Made by a program: the position numbers and the translations under genes. The notes under the pieces were generated by a model. That model did no database searches. It had not been told where the DNA came from and was given only the letters and a program-made list of their open reading frames with translations. This document shows, one piece after another, positions 28,643-39,020 of a DNA stretch of 64,000 nt. Source of the stretch: Spirochaetota bacterium (GTDB lineage Bacteria > Spirochaetota > UBA4802 > UBA5550); assembly GCA_963663865.1 (NCBI GenBank), contig OY760686.1, positions 2,509,730 through 2,573,729 on the forward strand, given 5' to 3'. The stretch's first letter is position 1. Each line of letters begins with the position of its first letter.

Positions 28643-29572
28643 ATGAAAAATAATTCGCTCTCTTTATCATCTGCCGTTCTGACTCTCATACTGACCGCAT
28701 CATGCGCCGGGCCTCAGATAAGCGGCTTTACCGGAGAAGCGCCGGGCCCCGCAAGGGCTCTTAAAAGCACACCGGTCTACTCAGAACCGAACAGATCATC
28801 AAAGATTATAAGCACAGTCCGGGAAGGCTCGCGCCTTGATGTTGTTTCAAATACGAAAATCAGGGCCTCCCTCTTCGGAGTAAGCGGGTACTGGCTGACC
28901 GTCAAAACCATGAACGGCCTGAAGGGATACGTCTTCGGAGCAGGTATTGAACCTGCGCTTCCACAGGGAAATCCAGACGATACTTTCAGACAGTTTTTCC
29001 CTGATTGTCCCGGCTCGGCGGAAAACTCAAGCGAATGCGCTTCAATAATGGAAAAGAAGCTTATTGCAGAGAACCCGAAGCTCTTCATCCGCTCGAAAGG
29101 CACTCTCGAACTGAGACTAAGCCGCGGGAAAAAGGCTGTTTACAGGGACAACAAAGTCAACTCTGAAGCCTACGCTGCTTCATTTCTTTCAGGGTACTAC
29201 CAGGACTTTAAACTGGCCCTTGTTCTTCTACAGGGATATGAATCCCTTAATTTCGAACTTGTGCACATGGAAAGCGGAAGAAAAATCAGGCTGAGTGGAC
29301 GTCCCGTCTTTTCACCCGACTCCTCGAGATTTACTGCAGTCAGCATGGACCTTGAAGCAGGCTACATCGACAACAGGATTGAGATTGTACGCGTTGCCAG
29401 AGGCTCATTTATAAAGGAGTTAAGCAGGGATTTATCCTGGGGACCTTCTTCAGCTCAGTGGACTTCCGACAAAGAACTCCGCCTTACAAGGTGGGACCGT
29501 ACTTCCAACGGTTTTCTGAAGTTCAGCTCATTCGCTGTAATTGAAGATAATGGATGGGTTCTTTACGAATAA
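28643..29572 (+). CDS. Lipoprotein with an N-terminal SH3b-like segment, unknown function
   Basis: The product begins MKNNSLSLSSAVLTLILTASCAG with a lipobox. An SH3b-like stretch follows (…KSTPVYSEPNRSSKIISTVREGSRLDVVSN…). Confidence 0.45.
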   Translation: MKNNSLSLSSAVLTLILTASCAGPQISGFTGEAPGPARALKSTPVYSEPNRSSKIISTVREGSRLDVVSNTKIRASLFGVSGYWLTVKTMNGLKGYVFGAGIEPALPQGNPDDTFRQFFPDCPGSAENSSECASIMEKKLIAENPKLFIRSKGTLELRLSRGKKAVYRDNKVNSEAYAASFLSGYYQDFKLALVLLQGYESLNFELVHMESGRKIRLSGRPVFSPDSSRFTAVSMDLEAGYIDNRIEIVRVARGSFIKELSRDLSWGPSSAQWTSDKELRLTRWDRTSNGFLKFSSFAVIEDNGWVLYE

Positions 29573-29682
29573 ACAGTCAACCTTAATTGTCACGCGGCAA
29601 TTCGTCACATAAATACCGCTTTGTCATAGACAGATTATTCAGGCATCAATAAGCCGGAAATCAGAGCGATACAGGATCAGAC

Positions 29683-30492
29683 ATGATATCAGACAATGTA
29701 TTATTCGCCCTTGGAGTTACTGCCGTAGCCGGACTTGCAACCGGCATAGGCAGCGCGATGGCATTTCTCGCCAAGAAGTTCAATCCGAAGTTTCTGGCCC
29801 TTTCGCTGGGCTTTTCAGCGGGAGTCATGATTTACGTCTCGCTTATCGAAATATTCGTTAAGGCAAAGGACGCCCTCACCGTGATTTACGGCGACCGCCC
29901 TGGTTACTGGATAACCGTCATAGCCTTTTTCGCGGGAATAGGCCTGATTGCCCTCATAGATAATCTGGTTCCATCCCACGAAAACCCGCATGAAATGAAA
30001 CAGGTCAAGTGCTGCGGCGATGAGTCCTTCCAGCCCGATAAAAAGCTCATGAGGATGGGGCTCTTTTCTGCCCTGGCAATAGGCATTCACAACTTCCCTG
30101 AAGGCATAGCAACTTTCATGTCGGCGCTGCATGACCCCGCGATGGGAATCAGCATCGGAGCCGCTATCATGATCCACAACATACCGGAAGGCATAGCCGT
30201 CTCTGTACCCATTTACTACGCGACCAGAAGCCGCAGGAAGGCCTTCACTCTGTCATTTCTTTCCGGGTTGGCCGAGCCCGTCGGCGCCCTCATAGGCTTT
30301 GCCCTTATCAACACCTTCTTTTCCGAAGATATCTTCGGTCTGGTATTCGCGGCGGTAGCCGGTATCATGGTGTATATTTCACTCGACGAGCTGATGCCTA
30401 CCGCAGAGGAATACGGCGAGCATCATATAGCTATAGGAGGCCTCATTGCCGGTATGGCGGTTATGGCTGTGAGCTTGATACTTTTTTCCTGA
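29683..30492 (+). CDS. zupT: ZIP-family zinc transporter ZupT
   Basis: The 269-aa product has eight TM helices with …[11 protein letters not shown]… and …[13 protein letters not shown]… metal-binding motifs. Confidence 0.85.
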   Translation: MISDNVLFALGVTAVAGLATGIGSAMAFLAKKFNPKFLALSLGFSAGVMIYVSLIEIFVKAKDALTVIYGDRPGYWITVIAFFAGIGLIALIDNLVPSHENPHEMKQVKCCGDESFQPDKKLMRMGLFSALAIGIHNFPEGIATFMSALHDPAMGISIGAAIMIHNIPEGIAVSVPIYYATRSRRKAFTLSFLSGLAEPVGALIGFALINTFFSEDIFGLVFAAVAGIMVYISLDELMPTAEEYGEHHIAIGGLIAGMAVMAVSLILFS

Positions 30493-30530
30493 GCCAGATT
30501 TCTTTATACTGAATTGCTGGAGATAAAAAC

Positions 30531-31463
30531 ATGTTCACTTCATTTTTAAAAAAAACCCTGTTGTCCGCGGCATCGGCAACCTTCATCATGAACGCCGCCG
30601 GGGCTCAGTCAATTGACCTTAATCCTTCGTCCAGGGCAATTGACGGCATTTCAAACACAGCATCATCAATAATATCCGACAGCTTCGTTCCCATGACGCA
30701 TTATAAGGAGGGGGATATTAACATAAGCGCTGTTCCCGCTTATTTCAGAGTCGACCGTGCCTATGACAGTCCGGGCGTTTCCGGCGACGATCTCAGCGGA
30801 TATGCGGCAGGACTCGGCGCGGGATACGCTCACAGCAGCCGCCTGATGTTTTACGGTATAGCCGGTTTTATGAGGATAACCGGAGGCCTTGAGTCAGCCT
30901 TTTATACGGGGCTTACAGATGAATCCTTCAAAATGGACACAGAGTACAGCGTGGTTTCATTAAACGCAGGCGCCGGATACGACCTGGTCGAAAACGATTG
31001 CTTTTCAATCCCTGTCTACCTCGGCCTTTCTTTCCAGTACTACAGCGGATCTGGGAAGCTTCCATCTTACAGCGCCTTCAACAGCACAGCATCGCTTTCC
31101 GTTGAAAGCTCAGGACTTCTTGCGGGGATCTCAGCCGGCATAGCCCCTTCCTATAAGCTGATGGATACGTTTGTATTCACCCCGTACTTTCTGTACACCT
31201 TCAGCTTCAACTCAGCCGAATCAGAGGCCAGGACCGAATTGAGCGGCACCATTTCGCAAAGAGATGAACACGGCCTTGGCACATCGCCGTTCAGAAAGGG
31301 AATGATCGGCTTCGCATTTACCTGGAAAAGCTCGCGCAGTCTCTCATTTTCAGTTTCGGCAGGCGGCTGGATCAGAGACGCGGGCTCCTGGTACAATGAT
31401 GAGTTTCTTAACGGCCTGGAAATGAAATCTGCCGTAGTTGCAGTATCGTACAGTGTTCGTTAG
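30531..31463 (+). CDS. Putative outer-membrane beta-barrel protein
   Basis: It has a signal peptide (…FIMNAAGAQS). The body is amphipathic, beta-rich and Gly/Ser/Tyr-rich. No specific family was recognised. Confidence 0.35.
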   Translation: MFTSFLKKTLLSAASATFIMNAAGAQSIDLNPSSRAIDGISNTASSIISDSFVPMTHYKEGDINISAVPAYFRVDRAYDSPGVSGDDLSGYAAGLGAGYAHSSRLMFYGIAGFMRITGGLESAFYTGLTDESFKMDTEYSVVSLNAGAGYDLVENDCFSIPVYLGLSFQYYSGSGKLPSYSAFNSTASLSVESSGLLAGISAGIAPSYKLMDTFVFTPYFLYTFSFNSAESEARTELSGTISQRDEHGLGTSPFRKGMIGFAFTWKSSRSLSFSVSAGGWIRDAGSWYNDEFLNGLEMKSAVVAVSYSVR

Positions 31464-31533
31464 CAGACAGCTAAAAATAATACGCATAAAACATCCCCGA
31501 GTTTGCTTCATTCCCCCGGTCAGCAAGCAAACT

Positions 31534-31582
31534 CAGGCCTCTGATAATTCATAAGCGGCTCTGGAGGCCGCTTATGTAATTT
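31534..31582 (+). terminator. Rho-independent terminator after the outer-membrane-protein gene, preceded by a 10-bp inverted repeat at 31497..31538
   Basis: The hairpin AAGCGGC-TCTGGAG-GCCGCTT is followed by ATGTAATTTTTTTT. Upstream, GAGTTTGCTT…AAGCAAACTC forms a second stem-loop. Confidence 0.6.
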
Positions 31583-31595
31583 TTTTTGATTTAAA

Positions 31596-32804
31596 CTACC
31601 CTATCCTGTCAGCAAGTTCTCTGACGGCGGCCCTTGTTTTTTCAAGGTCATCCTCAGTTGGATTGCCTTTAAATGTTACGCTTTTCCCGAAGCTCCAGCC
31701 GAGCTTGTAGCTTTCAACAATCTCATTGAGCTCCTTCTCGGCTCCACCCGACCATCCGTATGAGCCGACATAGAGGGCCTTCCTTTTTTCAATTTTCTTC
31801 CTTCCAATATCGTCAATCACGGCTGCCATGGGCGGGAACATCTTGTACTCATAGGTCGGTGCGGCTATGATAACTCCCCTGGCCCTTAAAACCGCGGGAA
31901 GCACAAATGAAACATGCGTCTCGGGAATATTCAAAGCTTCAAACCTGACACCGAGCCTGGTCAGCTCATCCTTTATTACAGCGGTTGCCTTATCCGTGCT
32001 TCCATACATGCTTGAATACAGAAGCGTGATGCTGTCCCCGGCATTCCCTTTTGACCACTCTGTAAACCTGGCAAAGAGTCCCTTTACATAGTCAGGGTCT
32101 GAGGCAAAAACCGTCCCGTGAGCGGGTGCTATGACCCTCACATTGCGGTCTGCAAAAACGTCGAGGCCTTTCGCTACAAAGCCGTGAAACGCGCCAAGAA
32201 TGTTTGCATAATATCTGAGCGCCTCTTCCTTGTAAAGCGGAAGGCTTTCCGCGTAAAACTCGGGCGTGTCGGTATGGGGGAATATTCCGTACGCCCCGTA
32301 GCCGTCACATGTAAAAAGAGTGCCTGTAGTCCTTTCGAGCGTAAACATTGTCTCAGGCCAGTGTATATTCGGAGCCATCTGGAACTCGAGTTCCGCGCCT
32401 CCAAGTTCAAGCACATCGCCGTTTTTAACGGCCATGGTTCTGTAGCTGTCTCCGTAGAATGCCTTCGCAAGCTCAAGGCCCTTCGCGCTCGAGACCAGAG
32501 TAAAATCAGAGTGTATCTTCACGAAGGACTCAAGCCAGCCCGTGTGGTCAGGCTCAAGGTGGTTGAAGACGACATAGTCAATGTCCTCAGGCTTCATGTC
32601 CGCTTCCGCGAGCGCTTCGTACAGGGTTTCAGGAACCCCGTCCCAGCCGCATACACCGTCAATCACAGCGCAGAAGTTATCACCCTTTACGAGATATGAG
32701 TTCATCATCACCCCGTGAGGCACCGGCCAGATGCTCTCGAAGAGAAAATCAGAAGCGGTAGCTGTTATCTTATAAACCGAATCGTTAATTTTATGTAGTT
32801 TCAT
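31596..32804 (-). CDS. Flavodiiron protein (FprA / rubredoxin-oxygen oxidoreductase type A flavoprotein)
   Basis: A metallo-beta-lactamase-like diiron domain (…VVFNHLEPDHTGW…) is followed by a flavodoxin-like domain (…LYSSMYGSTDKATAVI…). The product is 402 aa. Confidence 0.8.
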   Translation of the reverse strand: MKLHKINDSVYKITATASDFLFESIWPVPHGVMMNSYLVKGDNFCAVIDGVCGWDGVPETLYEALAEADMKPEDIDYVVFNHLEPDHTGWLESFVKIHSDFTLVSSAKGLELAKAFYGDSYRTMAVKNGDVLELGGAELEFQMAPNIHWPETMFTLERTTGTLFTCDGYGAYGIFPHTDTPEFYAESLPLYKEEALRYYANILGAFHGFVAKGLDVFADRNVRVIAPAHGTVFASDPDYVKGLFARFTEWSKGNAGDSITLLYSSMYGSTDKATAVIKDELTRLGVRFEALNIPETHVSFVLPAVLRARGVIIAAPTYEYKMFPPMAAVIDDIGRKKIEKRKALYVGSYGWSGGAEKELNEIVESYKLGWSFGKSVTFKGNPTEDDLEKTRAAVRELADRIG

Positions 32805-32885
32805 TTTTTCCCCTTACTCATGAAATTTATATACTCTAAGAATCCCCGCAGCTTCAACGCAATGCGGGTTCCCTGAATGACTGTT

Positions 32886-34997
32886 TTACCTTGCCGTCTC
32901 AAAATCACGCGGATCTATCAGATCGGGCCTGGATGCAAGCTTGCCGTCAAGGGCTTTAACAGCCACAGCACGCCAGGCATCGAACTCCGGAAGGGACGCC
33001 GACCTGTATAGAAAATACCTCAGCTGAAGCTTCCACTTTGCATCACCCTTATCCGGCGCGTTTTTATCCCCCCCTAAAGAAGGCCAGGACGACGAAATGC
33101 CGTAATTATAGACGGTAGCAAGCCCGAATGGATCGTTGCCGAGGTTCATGCTCAGCCAGTGTATGGCTGACCTTTCGTCTCCGCTTTTCCAGAGATAAGA
33201 TACTGCGCTGTTAGTCACATCGGCAAGAAGTTTCTTGCTGACATGCGACCTTTCGCCTGTCTCAACAAGTAGTTTGAAAGCCCCTTCGACAGCGCCTTTT
33301 CGATAAAGCTCTGAGGCCTTTATGCTGGCCGAGGCCCCTTCTGTAATCACTTCAAATTTGGAACCGTTATAATTCTTCTTCATTCCCATGAGAATAGCGC
33401 GCGCCCCGGCGAGATCGCCGATTCCTGAAGCGAAGAGGCAGGCGTCCCTCGCATTCTCAATGTTCCTGATATTGGAAATATTATCAGCAGGCAGCGGAAG
33501 CGAGTGTGAAAGCTTTATCTCCCTCCTGACAAACACCGCACCCGATGGACCGTAGAAAGCTGTCTTCCACTCCGGCGCCGATTCGAAGTACCTCATAAGC
33601 TGCCTGTCTGTGTACAATACATTTATAACATCAAAAGGCCTTTTGGACAGAAATGCGTCAACCCTGCCCCTCGAAGCGAATCCTATGTAATCCTGAAACC
33701 ACCCGGCAAAAGGGAAATAGCGCGGATCAATCATTATGGGCGTTTCGGGCGCCAGCCTCCAGAGCATGTAGCCGCCGTTGTTGTATACATTCCCGATACG
33801 GTAATCGCGCAGGTTGGCGGCTATATATTCAGTCTCCGCCTCTGAGTTGACATAGGAGTTACCGAGCCCGAACCATCCTCCATCGTAGGGTTTAGCTGCC
33901 GCCCTGTAAACCGAATACGCGCCGAAAAGCAGCGCAATCAATGAGGCGGCAATAAGCGGGACAGCCGGTTTCTTTTTGAATTTTACATGTCCCCCATCCG
34001 GATCAATTGCGAAAAGGGCCCCAAAGGCGAATATCGGCCCCCAGAAAAACATTGTCCTCTGAAAGACCGCGTAGAGTACACCGTAAAAGATTACAGTCAG
34101 AAACAGTGCCGCGTCGATCCTGCGTCCCCTTCCGAACAAAAAGACCGCTATCAGAAGGAGCATCACAGTTATACCGAGCAGAGCCATTGAAACCGGATCG
34201 CCGGCTGAACTCCTGTAGGCTATTATTGCCCTGAGCCCGAGATCGTAGCTCCCTCCGGAAAGCTCGGATGCCAGCTGAAGCGGATACTTCCAGCCGTAGG
34301 GTGTAACAGCGGAGGAAGCAAAGGACAAGAACACAGCAATGGCAAGGTTCCTTCTTTTTGTGGAGCCCATAACGGCAGCCGGATTTAGTTTTGAATTAAT
34401 GATATCGCCGGCCAGAAAAAGCGCGGCGAACGGGAGGCCGAATATGAAAGCGCCGTGGCTGTTCACCCATAACACAAACACAAGGGGCAGAAAGAAGAAT
34501 CCCCGGCCGGAAGAGTCCTCATCAGCTCTCACTTTATAAAGTATAAAAACGATGAGTGACATGAACAAAAATGAAAACATGTCCGGCTTTATCTGCGCTG
34601 AAGACGAGGATGCGGCAAGAAGAGCAGCTGCTGCCAGCGGGGCCGTAATTGGATAAAATAACAGCTTCCTTTTTTTCGCAAAAAGCATGACCAGCAGAAT
34701 GAAACATGCCGGTATGAGATATCTCAGGGCGGAAAGGAGCTTCATCCCCCCGACGTTGTAAGACCAGTACATCAGAAGCTCGGGAATCCACGCGCAGTAT
34801 ATTGTGTCATTTGAAGCCGGGGTCCATGTATACGCTGAGTGGTCCGGTATCAGGCTGCAGCTGCTCGCCATGGCGCGTCCGTAAGCCATGTGCCACCAGG
34901 TGTCCCCATCCCCCACAGGAGAAGTGTAAGCTGAAATAATAATCGAAATGATTGATACAGCAAAAAATACAGCGTATATCTTCGATGCCGTTTTCAT
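32886..34997 (-). CDS. Large polytopic membrane protein (GT-C/O-antigen-ligase-like N-terminus, at least 10 TM) with a C-terminal soluble TPR-like domain
   Basis: Many TM helices occupy residues 1-370. The C-terminal roughly 330 aa is soluble and helical. The family is not recognised with confidence. Confidence 0.4.
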   Translation of the reverse strand: MKTASKIYAVFFAVSIISIIISAYTSPVGDGDTWWHMAYGRAMASSCSLIPDHSAYTWTPASNDTIYCAWIPELLMYWSYNVGGMKLLSALRYLIPACFILLVMLFAKKRKLLFYPITAPLAAAALLAASSSSAQIKPDMFSFLFMSLIVFILYKVRADEDSSGRGFFFLPLVFVLWVNSHGAFIFGLPFAALFLAGDIINSKLNPAAVMGSTKRRNLAIAVFLSFASSAVTPYGWKYPLQLASELSGGSYDLGLRAIIAYRSSAGDPVSMALLGITVMLLLIAVFLFGRGRRIDAALFLTVIFYGVLYAVFQRTMFFWGPIFAFGALFAIDPDGGHVKFKKKPAVPLIAASLIALLFGAYSVYRAAAKPYDGGWFGLGNSYVNSEAETEYIAANLRDYRIGNVYNNGGYMLWRLAPETPIMIDPRYFPFAGWFQDYIGFASRGRVDAFLSKRPFDVINVLYTDRQLMRYFESAPEWKTAFYGPSGAVFVRREIKLSHSLPLPADNISNIRNIENARDACLFASGIGDLAGARAILMGMKKNYNGSKFEVITEGASASIKASELYRKGAVEGAFKLLVETGERSHVSKKLLADVTNSAVSYLWKSGDERSAIHWLSMNLGNDPFGLATVYNYGISSSWPSLGGDKNAPDKGDAKWKLQLRYFLYRSASLPEFDAWRAVAVKALDGKLASRPDLIDPRDFETAR

Positions 34998-35296
34998 TTA
35001 AGTTAACCTCTATCCATTGCGGCCGGGCCCGACACGTTAAGTTCTAATCTATGATCTGCCTATCCGGCTGAAATGATGTCAAGCAGCTATTTTTAAATAC
35101 TTATGACATAAGGACTTTAAAACGGACGCGTCCGTTCATTTTTTCAAAAAGTATTGACAGCTTATTATATAAGTGTATACAAGTGAGATTATATTTATTA
35201 AATATATCTTACATAAATTTATTTTTTGTCCATACATTTTTAATTAGCATTAAACTGCTTGCAGTTTAAATATTTTTGTACACATCTGGAGGATTT

Positions 35297-36634
35297 ATGA
35301 AAAAGGTTTCGCTCTTTTCAGCAGCCATGCTTGCCCTCGTCTTCTCGGCGGGCAGCCTTTACGCCGGAAGCGTTGACGCACTCGGCAATCTTAGCGCTGA
35401 ATATGTCAGGTCGCTCAGCCGCAACGCATCAACTGACACCGACGCTGTGAGCTACAACCCCGCAGGAGTCATGCACCTCGAAAACGGACTCTATGGAAAT
35501 GTCGGATGCCAGTATCTTTTAAAGGATTACAGCATGACGGACAACAATGCTGACACCACAAGGCTCTGGAACAAAGATGAGTATTCATCAGACACACCGA
35601 GCATTATTCCAAACGCGTACGTTGTTTATAAGGCAGACAAATGGTCAGCATTCGGCTCATTCAACGCAGTTGCCGGCGGTGGAGATGTGGAGTATGACGG
35701 CGGATCTCCGATGATAGGTACAGCGATAGGCGGCTCAGCCTACGCCGCAGCCCTGACTGCAGGCGCTGATGCTGCAACAGCGATGGCAACAGCTCAGCAG
35801 ACTACCTCTTTCATTGACAGCCTCAAGGCTAAATCACAGTACCTTTCCGGAACAATTGGAGGCGCTTACAAGATTAACAATATGTTTTCGGTATCACTTG
35901 CCGGACGCTATGTAAACGGAGTCAAAGAGTTTGACATCAGCTCAACCCAGGCGGTTACCGGACTCTCTGAAGGAACCAACATCGCTAAAGTTGAAATGAA
36001 CACATGGGGACTTACAGGAATCATCGGTGTTGACGTCACTCCTATGGAAGGCCTCAACATCGGACTAAGATACGAATCTGAAACATCTCTGGAATGGGAC
36101 ACTGAGGTAAGCGGCGCGCAGATTGCTCTTGCCCAGGGACTCGGCTACGTCGACGGCGGAACTGAGAAGAAGAACCTTCCTCAGCTTGCTTCAATCGGAA
36201 TCGCTTACAACATCCTTCCGGAACTCAAAGCCTCTGCTTCCTTTACATACTACATGATTAAGTGGTCGACATGGGAACATGACAACGGAACAGAAACAAA
36301 TGAAGACTATGACAATGGATTTGATGCCGCAATATCACTGGAGTACTCAATCATGCCTGAGCTTCTCGTGAGCGCCGGCTATATGTACACACAGACAGGA
36401 GCCAACGAAGACACACTGACCGATTTCGAAATGGCCCTCGACGCCAACGTCGTAGCTCTTGGAGCACGATATGAGGTAATGCCGGGTCTTCTCGTTAATG
36501 CCGGCTTCCAGTGGGCAATGTACATTGACGGAACCGGAAACCCGACTCTTCCGGGTTCACCTGACCCCGAAGACATCACTTACGCCAAAGATGTTAAAAA
36601 CTTCGCCCTCGGAGTTCAGTACAAATTCATGTAA
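35297..36634 (+). CDS. Outer-membrane protein, possibly OMPP1/FadL/TodX-family transporter
   Basis: The signal peptide is MKKVSLFSAAMLALVFSAGSLYAGS. The large beta-rich body includes …SYNPAGVMHL… and ends with an aromatic residue. It is followed by a strong terminator. Confidence 0.45.
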   Translation: MKKVSLFSAAMLALVFSAGSLYAGSVDALGNLSAEYVRSLSRNASTDTDAVSYNPAGVMHLENGLYGNVGCQYLLKDYSMTDNNADTTRLWNKDEYSSDTPSIIPNAYVVYKADKWSAFGSFNAVAGGGDVEYDGGSPMIGTAIGGSAYAAALTAGADAATAMATAQQTTSFIDSLKAKSQYLSGTIGGAYKINNMFSVSLAGRYVNGVKEFDISSTQAVTGLSEGTNIAKVEMNTWGLTGIIGVDVTPMEGLNIGLRYESETSLEWDTEVSGAQIALAQGLGYVDGGTEKKNLPQLASIGIAYNILPELKASASFTYYMIKWSTWEHDNGTETNEDYDNGFDAAISLEYSIMPELLVSAGYMYTQTGANEDTLTDFEMALDANVVALGARYEVMPGLLVNAGFQWAMYIDGTGNPTLPGSPDPEDITYAKDVKNFALGVQYKFM

Positions 36635-36644
36635 TATCGACAGG

Positions 36645-36692
36645 CGGACGCAAAAAACCCGGATTTTACAATCCGGGTTTTTTTGCGTTTAT
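36645..36692. terminator. Bidirectional rho-independent terminator between the convergent outer-membrane-protein gene and pyrG
   Basis: The sequence is GCAAAAAACCCGGATTTTACAATCCGGGTTTTTTTGC. A GC hairpin is flanked by an A-run and a T-run. Confidence 0.8.
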
Positions 36693-36702
36693 GTACTCAG
36701 CT

Positions 36703-38340
36703 TCAGGCTTCGTCTGAATGCTCTGCCGCGGCTCTTATGAAATCCCTGAAGAGCGGATGCGGTGTCGTGGGCCTTGACTTAAACTCAGGGTGGTACTGTG
36801 TCGCGTAAAACCACGGATGCTCCGGTATCTCAATGGTTTCTACAAGGTTTTTCTGCGGATATATGCCTCCGAAAACCATACCGCCTTCCTCGTAGGCCTT
36901 TCTGTACCTTAGAGTAAATTCAAATCGATGACGGTGCCTCTCCTGTATCGCGTCCTGGCCGTATATCTTCCTGATACCGCTGCCCTCCTGCAGGCTGCAC
37001 GGATAGGACCCCAGCCTCATCGTTCCGCCCTTGTCGACTACCAGCTCCTGTTCTTCAAGCAGAGAGATTACAGGATGAGCGGCCTCAGGGTCAATCTCAG
37101 TTGTGTGAGCATTGTCGAGACCGCAGACATTGCGGCCGAATTCAATAACAGCGCAGTGAAGCCCCAGGCAGATTCCAAAAAAAGGAACCCTGTTTTCACG
37201 GGCAAACTTTATAGCGGCAATCTTTCCCTCAATTCCTCTGTTCCCGAATCCTCCGGGAACAAGAACACCGTCAACCCCCTCAAGCAGCGTCTCCGCGCTC
37301 GTTCCCTTCTGACAGTTCTCAATGTCCTCGGAGTCAATGCGTACGATTTGAAGCTCGGTCTGATTCGCAACAGCGCCGTGAGTCAGCGCCTCATAGATGG
37401 ATCTATACGCGTCCTGCAGGGCAATGTATTTCCCTACCACCGCTATTTTCACCTTTTTAAGCGGATTCCGCTGCATCTCGATAAAGCGGTCCCAGGCAGG
37501 AATGCGAAGCGGGCTGTCTGGAAGATTGAAGTGCTCAAGAACAATCTTATCGTACTCGTTTCTAATAAACATGTACACAATCTCATAAATTGATCCCTTA
37601 ACATCCTCAGCCGATATAACCTTTCTTTCTGAAACATTGCAGAACAGTGCTATCTTGGACTTCATTTCCTGGGATAGGGCCTTTGATGTTCGCGCCAGAA
37701 GCATATCAGGAATTATTCCGAGCTCCATAAGCTCCTTGACCGAATGCTGAGTCGGTTTTGTCTTGTGCTCTCCCGCGACCGAAATAACCGGAACAAGGGT
37801 AAGATGTATATTGAGGACCCGGGATAATCCCAGCTCATGCCTTATCTGCCTGATTGCCTCAAGAAAAGGAACTGACTCGATATCTCCGACTGTCCCGCCT
37901 ATTTCAACAAGAACGAAGTCAAGTTCCGGGTCATCACTGGCGACATCAAAAATTCTCTTCTTTATTTCATTGGTGATGTGGGGAATAACCTGAACAGTCC
38001 TTCCCAGATAATCGCCCCTTCTTTCGCGCTGAATAACTGTATTATAGATTTGACCTGTCGATACTGAATTCTTCTGAGACAGCCTGGCGTTTGTAAACCG
38101 CTCGTAATAGCCCAGATCCAGATCAGTCTCTGCCCCGTCATCCGTCACGTAAACCTCGCCATGCTGGTATGGGCTCATCGTTCCAGGGTCAATGTTGATG
38201 TAAGGATCCATTTTTATCAGCGAGATTTTATAACCATGTCCTTCAAGAAGCAGTCCCAGAGAAGCCACGGATATCCCCTTACCAAGAGATGAACACACAC
38301 CTCCGGTTACAAATATAAACCTTGTCTTTTTGTTTTCCAT
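36703..38340 (-). CDS. pyrG: CTP synthase
   Basis: The product reads …[50 protein letters not shown]…. A glutamine amidotransferase C-terminus is present. The product is 545 aa. Confidence 0.95.
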   Translation of the reverse strand: MENKKTRFIFVTGGVCSSLGKGISVASLGLLLEGHGYKISLIKMDPYINIDPGTMSPYQHGEVYVTDDGAETDLDLGYYERFTNARLSQKNSVSTGQIYNTVIQRERRGDYLGRTVQVIPHITNEIKKRIFDVASDDPELDFVLVEIGGTVGDIESVPFLEAIRQIRHELGLSRVLNIHLTLVPVISVAGEHKTKPTQHSVKELMELGIIPDMLLARTSKALSQEMKSKIALFCNVSERKVISAEDVKGSIYEIVYMFIRNEYDKIVLEHFNLPDSPLRIPAWDRFIEMQRNPLKKVKIAVVGKYIALQDAYRSIYEALTHGAVANQTELQIVRIDSEDIENCQKGTSAETLLEGVDGVLVPGGFGNRGIEGKIAAIKFARENRVPFFGICLGLHCAVIEFGRNVCGLDNAHTTEIDPEAAHPVISLLEEQELVVDKGGTMRLGSYPCSLQEGSGIRKIYGQDAIQERHRHRFEFTLRYRKAYEEGGMVFGGIYPQKNLVETIEIPEHPWFYATQYHPEFKSRPTTPHPLFRDFIRAAAEHSDEA

Positions 38341-38559
38341 TGCGAATTTCCTCTATTTTCCATTAAAGGCCGTGAAGAAAAAAATTGGAATACACCCGGA
38401 ACAGGCACTGCGGATACAGGCCGTCAAAAGTCCGGAAATATTGAAAAAACACAGCCGCTATTAAGGCTATATCTGATCGGCCCCGAATTAATCAAGGTTT
38501 TTATTCCATGAAGGTTTGAATTAATCATTTTCAGCCCTCTAAATCTGATTAAAGATAAC

Positions 38560-38588
38560 TTGACACCGGGACCGGGTGAAGTTAGATT
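38560..38588 (+). promoter_or_regulatory. Sigma-70-like promoter candidate upstream of the PilZ gene
   Basis: TTGACA sits at 38560-38565. A 17-nt spacer separates it from TAGATT at 38583-38588. Confidence 0.4.
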
Positions 38589-38609
38589 CGCTGACAGCGG
38601 TATGGATTC

Positions 38610-39020
38610 ATGATACTGCCCGTTCATCAACAAACCGGAGGAGCTATGGGCGAAAAGAGAAAACACAGACGCTACGAGTGCTCAATAAAGGCGGAATTCC
38701 GATTCTATGAAGGAAATCCTGACGATGTTGAGTATGATCAAAACTCGTTTTCGTCAGGCAAAGGAACAATCATGGATGTCAGCAGCGGCGGGCTTTTCAT
38801 TGTCACCAATTCCAAAGTCAACATAAACTCCCCTGTGTCGCTTTCCTTCAAGTCAAAGAGAGGATGGCACGATCTAGAAGGCCGGGTTGTCAGGACAGGG
38901 CTCATGAAGAACAACCCGACTGAACTTGCCGTAAAGTACTCACACTGCGCTGGAAAAGGTGAAGCCTATCTGGCGGTTGAATTTGACAGCGAATGCCCGG
39001 ATTTTACGGATGGATGCTGA
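38610..39020 (+). CDS. PilZ-domain (c-di-GMP binding) protein
   Basis: An RxxxR motif (KRKHRRYE) and a D/NxSxGG motif (MDVSSGGLF) occur at canonical spacing. The likely start is MGEKRK at 38646. Confidence 0.65.
   Translation: MILPVHQQTGGAMGEKRKHRRYECSIKAEFRFYEGNPDDVEYDQNSFSSGKGTIMDVSSGGLFIVTNSKVNINSPVSLSFKSKRGWHDLEGRVVRTGLMKNNPTELAVKYSHCAGKGEAYLAVEFDSECPDFTDGC

Noticed and set aside
36928-37593. 221-aa ORF antisense to pyrG
   Set aside because: pyrG is unambiguous on the minus strand. The antisense ORF has no recognisable features.
38424-38666. 80-aa minus-strand ORF between pyrG and the PilZ gene
   Set aside because: It overlaps the predicted PilZ promoter and start. It has no RBS or motif.
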